NCBI GenBank assembly: GCA_964619555.1
Contig: CAZUDV010000014.1
Location: 22,658-86,657 of the forward strand
Length of the DNA: 64,000 bases
Origin: an uncultured Bacteroidales bacterium
GTDB taxonomy: Bacteria > Bacteroidota > Bacteroidia > Bacteroidales > JAGOPY01
Direction of reading: 5' to 3'
The notes below the pieces were generated by a model. That model worked only from the letters and a program-made list of their open reading frames with translations. It was not told where the DNA came from and did no database searches. Positions 38,606 through 48,457 of this stretch are shown here, piece by piece. The translations under genes and the position numbers were made by a program. Each line of letters opens with the position of its first letter. Position 1 is the first letter of the stretch.

Positions 38606-39118
38606 CTATCGGTCTAAAAACGGGCAAAAATCCACCATTCCATCCATTTCCACCACTTCATATTCTTTCCCGTCATCGTCCTTGTAAAAAGTCGAATCAA
38701 ATTCAGCCCCAGCCCGCATTAGAAGGAGTAGTTCATCCGCCAGCCTTTCCAGCAAGATTCTTTTATTAAAGGGTTTGCCGTCCAAAATATAGCAGCGGTT
38801 AACCTCTTGCTCAGAGTTAGTTTCATTGGAGCGATATTCAGCATATAGTTTCAAGCCCAGATACGGATGGTCAGGATCGGACATCAGATGACGCGTTGCC
38901 ACCAAACCATTGGCTTCTTCCAAAAGTTTGCTAAACGCCTTATTTCTGGCGACCTTCACATCAGGATCAGTTTCAAGGTACTGGTATGTGTGGGTATGCT
39001 TGCTCTCTGGGTGGTGTTCCACTGGCTCAAAAATCAGTTCGTTCTCAACCGTATAGGCTGTTATGATGATTTGGGGGTTATTGTTAAGCGGGCGATTGTG
39101 GGATGTGTCGGACATCAT
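38606..39118 (-). CDS. Hypothetical protein (unannotated paralog family, member 1)
   Basis: 170-aa ORF sharing motifs with 55467-56375 and 56365-57027. Confidence 0.68.
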   Translation of the reverse strand: MMSDTSHNRPLNNNPQIIITAYTVENELIFEPVEHHPESKHTHTYQYLETDPDVKVARNKAFSKLLEEANGLVATRHLMSDPDHPYLGLKLYAEYRSNETNSEQEVNRCYILDGKPFNKRILLERLADELLLLMRAGAEFDSTFYKDDDGKEYEVVEMDGMVDFCPFLDR

Positions 39119-39303
39119 TATGAAATTTGGATTACTTATTTCATATAAATAGTTGGTGGGTGGGGAAAGGCAGGTAAAAAGGTAAATTGTGCCAACAAAT
39201 GCAAATAATTTTCAGATTGGGTTATTGGTGGTTATTATTTACCTTTAGCCTTCTAATTACAGAGTTTGATATCATTGATTATTAACCAAAAACACAATTA
39301 ACT

Positions 39304-39741
39304 ATGGGTGAAATTAGCAGCAACACGAACTTGGCATCGGAATATTATGTTCTTTCCTGCCTGTATAGAATCGGAGCCGATGCCTATTTGACATTGGGCA
39401 ATAAAAAATCTGTGGATATCATTGTTAAAAAGCCGCACAGATTGATTACCATCGATGTTAAGGGCTTAAAAGGCACGACAAATTTCCCAATCGATAATTG
39501 GACAGAAAGCAGCGAGAATCATTATTTGGTCTTTGTCACATACAACGATAAGATAACCGACACAACTATCTTACCTGATGTATACATTGTGCCTTCAATG
39601 GAAATTGAAACCGCATACGACGAATTAAAAGGAAGATCAATGGTGTATGTAAATCCAAAAGGCAACAGAAAAGTGGTTGAATTGGGCAGGTTGAAAAAGC
39701 TGGCTGATCGCTATAAAAATAACTGGCATCCTTTTCTCTGA
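39304..39741 (+). CDS. Small PD-(D/E)XK-fold nuclease-like protein
   Basis: ASEYYV...L, KSVDIIV...TIDVKG pattern. Confidence 0.68.
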   Translation: MGEISSNTNLASEYYVLSCLYRIGADAYLTLGNKKSVDIIVKKPHRLITIDVKGLKGTTNFPIDNWTESSENHYLVFVTYNDKITDTTILPDVYIVPSMEIETAYDELKGRSMVYVNPKGNRKVVELGRLKKLADRYKNNWHPFL

Positions 39742-39798
39742 GCAGTTTGCTGATAAAAGTTAAAGTCAACCTTACTTATTTCATTGAAATAATTTAAC

Positions 39799-41064
39799 GT
39801 GTATATGCTTCCCCCCAACGAACTTAAAAAAGAGCTGCTCGAACTGGCAAAAATCCAGTTATACATCGACAGCCACGGCGGTAATGAAAAGAATGGGGCT
39901 CTGTGCGATGATCATCTTGCCCGTGGGTTGAAAATCCTGCACCATTTTGGTCTTCCAACCACCGATGAATATGTTGAATTGCTATTCGTGTATAAAATGC
40001 CTACGGATGCCGATTTGAATAACACCATCAGAAAACTCATAATAGCCGCGCAAGTTCATCTATCCGCACCCATCAAAACAGATGTCCAGATTCTCGAAGA
40101 AGCCGTGAAGGAAGACAAACCCTATGATGTTGTATTTGGAGAATTGGGAATTACCGATCATATTTATTCCCAGTTCGTATACCACCATATCCTTCGAACC
40201 AAACGTGATTCCCCAGCAGCCGTTCTGGAAGCATTGCGCAAGGCTGATACCCCCAGAACAATGAACCTTCTGGGCATTGTTGCGTTGGCAAAGGCATTGG
40301 GAGAAGATGAAAAGAAAATGATGGAAGAACTCTACGGTATGGGTATCAAATATCTAAATGAGTATTTGGCAGCTTACCGCGTGGAAGATGAAAAGTCAAA
40401 GCACCACTTTAGCCAACTGAACGAGTTCTTGAACGACCTGATGGGTGGGTATGAGTTCAAATCGCTGGATGAAAAGTTTGGCACCCTCACCCATTACCTG
40501 ATGAACTATCTCTACTTGTCGGTGGGCGCAAAAGCATACAGAATCATAGAACTTGAAATATATTACCACGATCCCGTCAACCATCCCGATCCTTATGTCC
40601 ATAAGGCACCAGAACAACTTTCGGTTGGCAGGTGGTATTATAACGGGATGGGCGTGGATATCACCTTTGGCGATTTGGAAAGGGGCATTTATGGCGGAAT
40701 ATTGATCAGGGGAATCAGGACGATTGAAAACAGCCCAAGGTATATAAGCGGAACCATAAACGTGTTAAGGGAGATATTCAATAATCTGGGTGATATCACG
40801 GAAGGGGATTATGGTTTTTTCATTCGTGAAATGGAAGATGGGATTGTGAAGGAAGAAGAACCCACCCGTTCCACCCGCATCGGGCTAACCAAAAAGAAAG
40901 ACGATACGGATAATTATGCCGAAAAGGATTATCGGTATCTTGTCGAGGTGAACCTTCTGCATAAGTTCAAGGACAAAGAGAAAGTGGTCAGGAAGTTGTT
41001 GTCCATTGGGAAAATAAAGAGCGATGATGCAAAGGAGATAATGGGGTATAACATAAGCGAATAA
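39799..41064 (+). CDS. Protein with unknown helical N-terminus fused to a methylpurine-DNA-glycosylase (MPG/AAG)-like domain
   Basis: C-terminal YRIIELEIY...HPDPYVH...GILIRGI...RIGL...YRY parallels MPG RIVETEAY...DPA.H...LIRA...RIGI...WRF. Confidence 0.68.
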   Translation: MYMLPPNELKKELLELAKIQLYIDSHGGNEKNGALCDDHLARGLKILHHFGLPTTDEYVELLFVYKMPTDADLNNTIRKLIIAAQVHLSAPIKTDVQILEEAVKEDKPYDVVFGELGITDHIYSQFVYHHILRTKRDSPAAVLEALRKADTPRTMNLLGIVALAKALGEDEKKMMEELYGMGIKYLNEYLAAYRVEDEKSKHHFSQLNEFLNDLMGGYEFKSLDEKFGTLTHYLMNYLYLSVGAKAYRIIELEIYYHDPVNHPDPYVHKAPEQLSVGRWYYNGMGVDITFGDLERGIYGGILIRGIRTIENSPRYISGTINVLREIFNNLGDITEGDYGFFIREMEDGIVKEEEPTRSTRIGLTKKKDDTDNYAEKDYRYLVEVNLLHKFKDKEKVVRKLLSIGKIKSDDAKEIMGYNISE

Positions 41065-41913
41065 ATGATAACCGACAGCCAAACCAATAAGCTCTACTTT
41101 GCTGACTGTATAGAAGATAAGCAGCCAGCATTCTTCCCCCGATTCAAATCTGTTTTGGATAAATGCAAGATTGATTACACTCTCCTTCCCCACACCAAAG
41201 ACATCTGGGCGAGGGATTATATGCCCATTCAGGTTGATACAGATAAATTCATCCAGTTTGTATATTATCCTGACTACCTTCAGTTCAAGAAATATATTAA
41301 CCGCATTTCGGACGGTAAAGCCATTTGTAGAGAGATCGGAATTAATGTCGTTGACTCCGACATCGTTATTGATGGCGGCAACGTGGTTAAGACTTCTGAT
41401 AAGGTGATTATGACCGACAAGGTTTTTTATGAAAATCCCAGATACGATAGGAATCGAAAGATGCTGATAAAGGAACTTGGAGAATTGTTTCAGGTGGATA
41501 AGGTAATTTTCATCCCTCAACAACCACACGACTTCACGGGACACGCCGACGGAATGGTTCGTTTTCTTGACGACAACACCGTGATCATTAATGATTACTC
41601 GAAAGAAGACCAAGCCTTTAAAAAAGCCTTCCTAATTGCTTTAGATAACGCAGGGCTGGATTATATTGAGATACCATACAATCCATACGGAAACAAAAAG
41701 AACAGCCAAGCGAATGGCATATACATTAATTACCTTCAAATGGAAGGCGTGGTGATCCTGCCCTTATTTGGTCTGGATGAAGATGATGAAGTTGTCAAAC
41801 GGTTTGAAGAACTCTTTGATAGTTATACCATTGAAACCATTAACAGCAATGAAATAGCCAATGAAGGCGGGATTTTGAACTGCATAAGTTGGAATATTAA
41901 AATTGATATATAA
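41065..41913 (+). CDS. Agmatine deiminase / peptidyl-arginine deiminase (PPAD) family protein, cytoplasmic
   Basis: DIWARDY, DGGN, GHADGMVRF, YINY, GGILNC: catalytic Asp/His/Asp/Cys present; no signal peptide. Confidence 0.88.
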   Translation: MITDSQTNKLYFADCIEDKQPAFFPRFKSVLDKCKIDYTLLPHTKDIWARDYMPIQVDTDKFIQFVYYPDYLQFKKYINRISDGKAICREIGINVVDSDIVIDGGNVVKTSDKVIMTDKVFYENPRYDRNRKMLIKELGELFQVDKVIFIPQQPHDFTGHADGMVRFLDDNTVIINDYSKEDQAFKKAFLIALDNAGLDYIEIPYNPYGNKKNSQANGIYINYLQMEGVVILPLFGLDEDDEVVKRFEELFDSYTIETINSNEIANEGGILNCISWNIKIDI

Positions 41914-41932
41914 CCACCTAAAAATTAAAAGT

Positions 41933-42139
41933 ATGCCAACAGTATTACAAGGCGCAGTCATCGTCAAAAAAGACGGTCTACGGATTTCCTACAAGCAGAA
42001 ATGTGAAAAATGCGGTACAATAAGGAATGGTTCAATAAACACCACCGTTCCATCGCGTTCTTCCTCGAAATACACATCAAATTTTAGATGCTCGAAATGT
42101 GGTAATAACCAGAAAATTGAAATTCAGGGTGGACTATAA
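41933..42139 (+). CDS. Small Zn-ribbon protein (68 aa)
   Basis: CEKC...CSKC; ATG 41933 after an A-rich leader. Confidence 0.68.
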   Translation: MPTVLQGAVIVKKDGLRISYKQKCEKCGTIRNGSINTTVPSRSSSKYTSNFRCSKCGNNQKIEIQGGL

Positions 42140-42794
42140 TAAAACACCAGAAGCCTTTTTTGCTGAATTACTTGCACTAACCGAGCAGCAATTCAAGCAA
42201 AGCCCAGCCTACCAAAAACAGGTAAAACGTCGGCTAAAATGGAACTATGCCGTCTGCGCTACCCCTATTGCCAAGCATAAAGGGATAATATTTGGCATTA
42301 ACTGGGGCGGCAGTGATGGATATAAACCCCAGTCCAAATACCCGACTGGAAAAGACATTGCGGAATATCCATTCATCATCAGGAATCGCAAATCTTTAAC
42401 CCAGCATTTGGGCTTGGATTTTACAGAATTGAACTTCAACTACACCAACCTCTGTTTTTTTCGAACGCCTACTTCATACATTCTCGAAGAAGAAGATTTT
42501 ATTCTGTCGCTTTTTCCGTTTGAAAAGTATGTCAGGTATATCAATCCACCTTGGTTGCTTTCCATTGGGTTGAAAAACATAGAAATCCTTAACGATCTGG
42601 GGCTGTTGGCAAATAAGAAATGGCTCTATGATAAACAGAATAAGTTTTCAGGATTTTCTGGAAAGCTTTGGGATTGGAACATTTTTGCCGTTCCCCACCC
42701 AAATGCACACCTGCCACGTGAATCAAGAGCAGTTATTTGGGAGAAGGTTATTAATGAAATGAATGCGGAAGGATGTTTGATTAAATGGCAATAA
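42099..42794 (+). CDS. Uracil-DNA-glycosylase-superfamily-like protein
   Basis: IIFGINWGG (motif A-like), YTNLCFFRT, VPHPN (motif B-like); real start may be GTG 42129. Confidence 0.62.
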   Translation: MVITRKLKFRVDYNKTPEAFFAELLALTEQQFKQSPAYQKQVKRRLKWNYAVCATPIAKHKGIIFGINWGGSDGYKPQSKYPTGKDIAEYPFIIRNRKSLTQHLGLDFTELNFNYTNLCFFRTPTSYILEEEDFILSLFPFEKYVRYINPPWLLSIGLKNIEILNDLGLLANKKWLYDKQNKFSGFSGKLWDWNIFAVPHPNAHLPRESRAVIWEKVINEMNAEGCLIKWQ

Positions 42795-42806
42795 ATCATC
42801 AAGGAT

Positions 42807-43478
42807 ATGAAAGAAAGAAAGACATCCACGCCCTTAATAAATGAACTTTTTGATCTACTTGATGATTGGCGTCATCTACCTTCATACCAACTTGAACGTC
42901 GAGCAGATATCTTCTTCGCGCTATACCTGAAGGAAATATTAAAGAAAAAATATGGGAAAGCTATAAAGTTGGTCATTCCAGAATTCCCTTTAAGGGTTGG
43001 TGATTATGATCCCGAAAATAAACACCCTTATGCATCGTACAAGATTGATTATGTTGCCATAGCCAAAAATGATAAAGATGTTTATCTTATTGAATTAAAG
43101 ACAGATCAGTCCTATCGGAGAACAAAGCAAGATAAATATTTAGCAAAAGCCAAGGGATTTAATATTCCAAAGGTGGTTGATGATATTATAAGTATTTACG
43201 GAGCTACAAACAACAGATACAAAGGAAAATACGATCATCTTATTTCCAAACTTGTCCAATTAGGTTGGGTCTGTCGAAAAGGTAATGAAATAAAAACAAT
43301 TGCAAAGGATTATAGCGTAAGCGTTGTTTATATTCAACCAGTGAATACAGCAAACCAGTCAAATGTGATCTCGTTTTCAGAAGTCGAGTCTTATTTAAAG
43401 GAAACTGATCTATTAACAAAGCGTTTTGTAAAATCATTAAAAAAGTGGAAAAACAAACCTGATGGAAAATCAATATGA
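42807..43478 (+). CDS. PD-(D/E)XK nuclease-like protein
   Basis: YQLERRAD, PEFPL, KIDYV...YLIELKTD. Confidence 0.7.
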   Translation: MKERKTSTPLINELFDLLDDWRHLPSYQLERRADIFFALYLKEILKKKYGKAIKLVIPEFPLRVGDYDPENKHPYASYKIDYVAIAKNDKDVYLIELKTDQSYRRTKQDKYLAKAKGFNIPKVVDDIISIYGATNNRYKGKYDHLISKLVQLGWVCRKGNEIKTIAKDYSVSVVYIQPVNTANQSNVISFSEVESYLKETDLLTKRFVKSLKKWKNKPDGKSI

Positions 43479-43490
43479 TGGATAATTTGA

Positions 43491-44477
43491 ATGGCTATGT
43501 ATGGAATTAACGATTTAAAGAAGCGGATCATCAGCACCGACACTCACGTCGAGTGCCCCGTCAAAGGTTGCACCGAACGTGTCGAAAGGCAGCGGCAGCA
43601 TTTCCGCCGTGAAGAAAGATTCAAATGCGCCGTGCACAACATCTACATTTCACCCACAACCTTTGAATACGAAACGGAATTCGATAACCTGTTATGGACG
43701 GACGATTCCGACAAAGACCGTTTCAGCCGAATCAAACAAGTCAAACGCGAAAGCAGGATTGCACGGGAGAACAGCGAGGATGCCGTTACGTGGAACGTTT
43801 TCAGGTATCTGGAAAGAAATGATCTGCTTTCTGGCTATCTATCCACTCTGTCTGAGCAGGATCACGGCACATCCGAACTCATATTATGGTCAAACTCCCC
43901 CAGACAGGACGGTTCGTTTGATTTGCTGGACAGGGCTCGTATGGAATTTGGCGAACAACCCAACAGGGGCAGCGAACCCGACATTATTGTTCTAACGGAC
44001 AAAGCCTTGTTCTTCATTGAAGCAAAGGTTCTGGCGGGCAATGATACATCTGGTGATGGCGATACCTTGCAACGGCACCTTACTGAACCAAAAAGATATG
44101 TTTCTGGTTGGGGAAACTGGTATTCTTCCATCTTCAAAAGCGATTACGCAACGGTGATTGTCCACCAGAAATATGAACTGATGCGCTTCTGGTTACTGGG
44201 CACTTGGATGGCTGAAAGGCTAAATGTGCCTTTCCACCTGATCAACCTTGTGTTGAAGGAGCGGGAGCTTAACATTGAAAAGGAGTTCGGACGGAATATT
44301 CTGCAAAACGAACAGAGGATATTCAAGAGGATATGCTGGGAAAATATTTACGAATTTGTGACTAATTCGGGGATATCAAATGAAGAAACAACGAAATTTA
44401 TAGGGTATTTCAATAACAAAGCCCTTGGCTATGATAGCAACGGGGAGTTGATCAAAGCATTTTGCATTAATGATTAA
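43491..44477 (+). CDS. Restriction-endonuclease-like protein (PGN_0703-like) with N-terminal Cys/His cluster
   Basis: CPVKGC...C..H, SEDAVTWNVF, SEPDIIV...FFIEAK, YELMR. Confidence 0.68.
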   Translation: MAMYGINDLKKRIISTDTHVECPVKGCTERVERQRQHFRREERFKCAVHNIYISPTTFEYETEFDNLLWTDDSDKDRFSRIKQVKRESRIARENSEDAVTWNVFRYLERNDLLSGYLSTLSEQDHGTSELILWSNSPRQDGSFDLLDRARMEFGEQPNRGSEPDIIVLTDKALFFIEAKVLAGNDTSGDGDTLQRHLTEPKRYVSGWGNWYSSIFKSDYATVIVHQKYELMRFWLLGTWMAERLNVPFHLINLVLKERELNIEKEFGRNILQNEQRIFKRICWENIYEFVTNSGISNEETTKFIGYFNNKALGYDSNGELIKAFCIND

Positions 44478-44480
44478 ACA

Positions 44481-45206
44481 GTGCTGGTAATGAAGAACTA
44501 CAATGAAAACTTGGAAAAAATCTTAACCGCTGTATTTGGTGGAATTGGAACGATTGCAATTTTTATTAACCTTCATTTAAAAGGTTATGGTGCTGAAAAT
44601 TGGTTAGATGCAATAAAAGATATTGCTGGTTTAGTTGTGGTAATAGCAGTGTTTTTGGTTGCAAATAACATATTCAGAAATTTAATTAAAAAAAAGAGTT
44701 TTGGTTTTAATGAAAAGTTTGAAGAATACCTATTAGAATGGAGTAAAGCGAATAAATATCTAATAGATACTTCAGAAATCAATGTGCCAAAGGGCAATGA
44801 AAAGAAAAGAAGCATACAAATGATCTGCAAACATTCTGATATGTTAAAAGGCAATGATGCCAGTATATCTTCAAATAGGAAAGGCTCATTCCTTTATTTG
44901 CCAAAAAGCGAAGAATTGGGAGATAAAACACTTTCAGAAGGTAACACCATTGAGTTTAAGATTAATAAATCAATGTTTGAAGCAAATAAAGAAATTTTTG
45001 ATGACTATGAAAACCGCAAGAAAGGTATTGCTGATGATATCGGAAAAGCCATCAAAATTGCTTTTGCTGAAATTAAAATAACAGTTGAAGGTAAAGATGA
45101 TCGGATAGTTGTTAACTTTTCAAATCTTGAAAAAACCGAAGATAATGCAAAAAAATTGATAGATATCGTAGAATTTACAAAAACATTATTCTTGGCAATA
45201 GCATAA
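44481..45206 (+). CDS. Hypothetical protein with two N-terminal TM helices
   Basis: Two hydrophobic segments followed by a soluble domain; starts 3 nt after the upstream stop. Confidence 0.7.
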   Translation: MLVMKNYNENLEKILTAVFGGIGTIAIFINLHLKGYGAENWLDAIKDIAGLVVVIAVFLVANNIFRNLIKKKSFGFNEKFEEYLLEWSKANKYLIDTSEINVPKGNEKKRSIQMICKHSDMLKGNDASISSNRKGSFLYLPKSEELGDKTLSEGNTIEFKINKSMFEANKEIFDDYENRKKGIADDIGKAIKIAFAEIKITVEGKDDRIVVNFSNLEKTEDNAKKLIDIVEFTKTLFLAIA

Positions 45207-45688
45207 TGGACTTCCTAACATCCATCCCTTCCGAATATTACCTCTATGCAGGGCTCGCGGTATTGTTGCTGGGCATCATCCTTGGCTTTACAAAAACCAT
45301 AACCGTATACCGTGACTATGCCGACCTGACCAAGACATTTATGCTGGTTCTTGCACCCGTCGGACTGTTTTATTTGCTGGGAGATAAGATCAACGAGAAT
45401 ATTTTGTTGAACATCTTGTTTGTCATTGAAGGTATTATTTTAATCTGGATTCTTGTAACCACATATCTGGATAACAGGAACATCTTGAAAACATTGCTGG
45501 CATTCATCACCAAAGTGCCGTTGAGCATCATATTTGCATTTTATCTCATAAATCTTGTGGCACCGATGCGATCCGACAGGGGCAAGCGAAGCCAGACCAG
45601 AGGATTCGCCGCCGTGATAATGATCTTTCTTGCCCCGATCCTGTATGGCTTGGTCAGGAATAAAGAATGGTCAGCAAAGAAGCCATAG
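45206..45688 (+). CDS. Hypothetical multi-pass membrane protein
   Basis: About five TM segments; TAATG overlap with the upstream gene. Confidence 0.72.
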   Translation: MDFLTSIPSEYYLYAGLAVLLLGIILGFTKTITVYRDYADLTKTFMLVLAPVGLFYLLGDKINENILLNILFVIEGIILIWILVTTYLDNRNILKTLLAFITKVPLSIIFAFYLINLVAPMRSDRGKRSQTRGFAAVIMIFLAPILYGLVRNKEWSAKKP

Positions 45689-45903
45689 CGGTGGGATAAA
45701 TGATGCAAAATATACATCCATATTCCTTCATATAAAGCCCGCTGATCTATTTCAGCATTCAGATATATACGTGACCCATTAGCCACCAAAAGCCCGTCAG
45801 AAAGCCTGAAATCGCATTATTTGGGCAATTAAATGGCACCATCCTATTGGTGGCAATGATTTTCATATCTTTAAACCTTATAAATCCCTAATCCCGTTGT
45901 CTT

Positions 45904-46584
45904 ATGATGGCTGTGAATATAATCAAGCAAGAGTTGGAAGTATACAAGAAGCTTATCGCTTCTGCAGAATATGACGAATTATATAAGTGGGAAGCGTTGA
46001 AAAACTTTCAGGACACGTGGGATATTGACGCTGACGATTTCAAAACAATGTATGACAATAGCTTTGGCAGTAAAGAAAACAGCAATCTCTGGGCAAATCC
46101 CCACTGGTTCCCCAAAGCTGTTATGCTCCACTTCATTGACCACGACAAGGAAAGGGTTCGCCAGATGTTCCGTGATCTATACAATGAAGATGAAAACATT
46201 GACACGCGGTTCGAAAGATTCGTATATCACTGCGACAGGGTCAGGGAAGAAGTCTTTGAATACGACCCGCGGATGATCAACCATTTCCACGATGGTCAAA
46301 GAATGGTATCACTGTATCTGGCATTCCGCTACCCCGATAAATACGCCATCTATAAATATACCGAGTTTAAAACGTTTATGGAACTTGTCAAAGCCACCGA
46401 CATCCCCAGAACTGGCGAGTACGAAAGGTTCTTCAAAGTGGTCAGGACGATTTACAACATCATTACCAAGGATGAAGAACTGGTCAAATTGCACAATGCG
46501 GTATTAACTGACCATTGCTACAAAGGCGAAACGCTGATGCTTGCGCAGGATTTCATATTCAGGACGGCAAGACGTTATATGTAA
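45904..46584 (+). CDS. Stand-alone domain resembling N-termini of some McrB-like restriction NTPases
   Basis: ELYKWEALKNFQDTWDIDADDFKTM...VRQMFRDLYNE...SLYLAFRYPDKYAIYK; family link is from recall only; no P-loop present. Confidence 0.55.
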   Translation: MMAVNIIKQELEVYKKLIASAEYDELYKWEALKNFQDTWDIDADDFKTMYDNSFGSKENSNLWANPHWFPKAVMLHFIDHDKERVRQMFRDLYNEDENIDTRFERFVYHCDRVREEVFEYDPRMINHFHDGQRMVSLYLAFRYPDKYAIYKYTEFKTFMELVKATDIPRTGEYERFFKVVRTIYNIITKDEELVKLHNAVLTDHCYKGETLMLAQDFIFRTARRYM

Positions 46585-46595
46585 TTACTTATTAT

Positions 46596-47015
46596 ATGAC
46601 AGCACAAGCGGCAGAAGAAATCACATACAAGGGAAAGAAATATTATATGGCGACAGAGCCATTGGAACAGTACCTTGAAGGCTTGAAAGACAAACCTGCG
46701 CTCATTGCGCCCAATACAGCTTGCTGGCGTGGGTATTACGGCACTTGGAAAGTAAAATACGGTAAACTATACTTGATTGATTTGGTTTGCTATGCGGAAG
46801 AATACAAGGAAATGGGGATGGAATATCTTTTCCCTGATCAAAAGGTGGTATTTGCCGAATGGTTCACAGGCGAAATTCGGATTCCACAGGGTGAAATGCT
46901 GGAATATGTTCATATGGGTTATGAGTCTGTGTTCGAAAACGATTTATATCTGAAGTTTGATAAAGGGGTCGTGGTGGATGAATGGGTCGTAGATAATCGG
47001 ATTGAAAACAATTAA
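46596..47015 (+). CDS. Conserved-looking hypothetical protein
   Basis: MTAQ start at 46596; TACWRGY.GTW....KLYL, FAEWFTGEIRIPQG, HMGYES. Confidence 0.72.
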   Translation: MTAQAAEEITYKGKKYYMATEPLEQYLEGLKDKPALIAPNTACWRGYYGTWKVKYGKLYLIDLVCYAEEYKEMGMEYLFPDQKVVFAEWFTGEIRIPQGEMLEYVHMGYESVFENDLYLKFDKGVVVDEWVVDNRIENN

Positions 47016-47030
47016 GACTAAAGAGAAGCA

Positions 47031-47846
47031 ATGGAAGATGCTGGCAACAATAAACTCATTCTGGGAGCCATTATCGGCGATATCATTGGTTCGGTCTATG
47101 AATTCCATAACGTCAGGTCAACTGACTTTGAAATGTTTGGCGCGGGAACGGATTTCACCGATGACAGCGTGCTGACCATTGCCACGATGGATAGCATACT
47201 TAATGGGATTGATTATGTTACGGCTTACCAGTCTTACGGTAGGAAATATCCCAATAGGGGCTACGGTGGTTATTTTCAATCTTGGATTCACGCCGATCAA
47301 CCAAAGCCTTACAACAGTTATGGAAATGGATCGGCAATGCGGGTGAGCCCAGTTGGTTGGGCTTATGATAAGCTGGAAGAAGTTTTGGAACAGGCGAAAC
47401 GAAGCGCGGAAGTGACGCATAACCATCCCGAAGGGATCAAAGGGGCTCAGGCAACCGCTGCTGCTGTGTTTATGGCACGGACTGGTTCCAGCAAGGCTGA
47501 CATCAAAAAGTACATACAGGAAACATTTGGCTACGATCTGGAAAGACGCATTGATGATATCCGACCAGTATATAGGTTCAACGAAACCTGCCAGCAAACA
47601 GTTCCCGAAGCCTTGATAGCCTTTCTGGAAAGCGAAGATTACGAAAGCGCCATCAGGCTGGCAATATCCATTGGGGGCGATAGCGACACGGTTGCGTGCA
47701 TCACGGGCGGGATCGCCGAAGCGTTTTATAAGGAAGTTCCTGAGTGGATTGTTGAGAAGGCATTGGATTTACTGCCAGAGGATGTAATAAAATTGATAGG
47801 GGAATTTTCTAATAGATTTAAAAATTCCAATCATAGGAAGGGCTGA
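47031..47846 (+). CDS. ADP-ribosylglycohydrolase (DraG/ARH family)
   Basis: GAIIGDIIGS, FTDDS, GNGSAMRVSP, THNHPEG, GGDSDT. Confidence 0.93.
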   Translation: MEDAGNNKLILGAIIGDIIGSVYEFHNVRSTDFEMFGAGTDFTDDSVLTIATMDSILNGIDYVTAYQSYGRKYPNRGYGGYFQSWIHADQPKPYNSYGNGSAMRVSPVGWAYDKLEEVLEQAKRSAEVTHNHPEGIKGAQATAAAVFMARTGSSKADIKKYIQETFGYDLERRIDDIRPVYRFNETCQQTVPEALIAFLESEDYESAIRLAISIGGDSDTVACITGGIAEAFYKEVPEWIVEKALDLLPEDVIKLIGEFSNRFKNSNHRKG

Positions 47847-47970
47847 CTGAACAAATGACAAGCCAACTCAAGTAATTATAACTCATACACATTATAGAGT
47901 TGTAAAATATGGATTATATATATTATCTTTAATGCTAATTAACCAGATTCCTTTATTCAAATTATTTTAA

Positions 47971-48396
47971 ATGTTCAATTTATTTAAAAACAAATCAGTG
48001 GTAAAAGTCGAAAATGCTTTTTCGACATCATCCATTAACCAAAAACTTTCTGTCATTAATTTATTAATTGGCGTTACGGGTTGTGATTCTGCGCAAAATT
48101 CAGATGAATTGAATTGTATAAACAAGTATGTTAAAATCCTGAATGTAACGAGTGGTCAATGTATGCAACGGCTTCAACAATTTGGTATGCAAGGTGTCAT
48201 AGATGATCTCAAAGGACTGACGTCTTATCAAAAAGAAATTTTATTTCGAATTTGTCTTGAAGCCGCTTATGTTGATGAAGATGCTAACCGCACGGAACAA
48301 TTCTTTATGGAGCAAAATCTAATGAACATTGGTTTAAGTGTGGCAGAACAAAAGCAAATACTTAGGAATGTTGCTGCAACAGGTGATTTTTTATAA
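47971..48396 (+). CDS. TerB-like helical protein
   Basis: Two pseudo-repeats (VTGCD...DELNCI; AAYVDED...TEQFFM...IGLS) matching the TerB A..DG....E layout. Confidence 0.5.
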   Translation: MFNLFKNKSVVKVENAFSTSSINQKLSVINLLIGVTGCDSAQNSDELNCINKYVKILNVTSGQCMQRLQQFGMQGVIDDLKGLTSYQKEILFRICLEAAYVDEDANRTEQFFMEQNLMNIGLSVAEQKQILRNVAATGDFL

Positions 48397-48457
48397 TTGA
48401 TTTATTTAACCATTGAGTATTTAACAGCCGAAAAAACAATCCAAATTACTGATTCAT

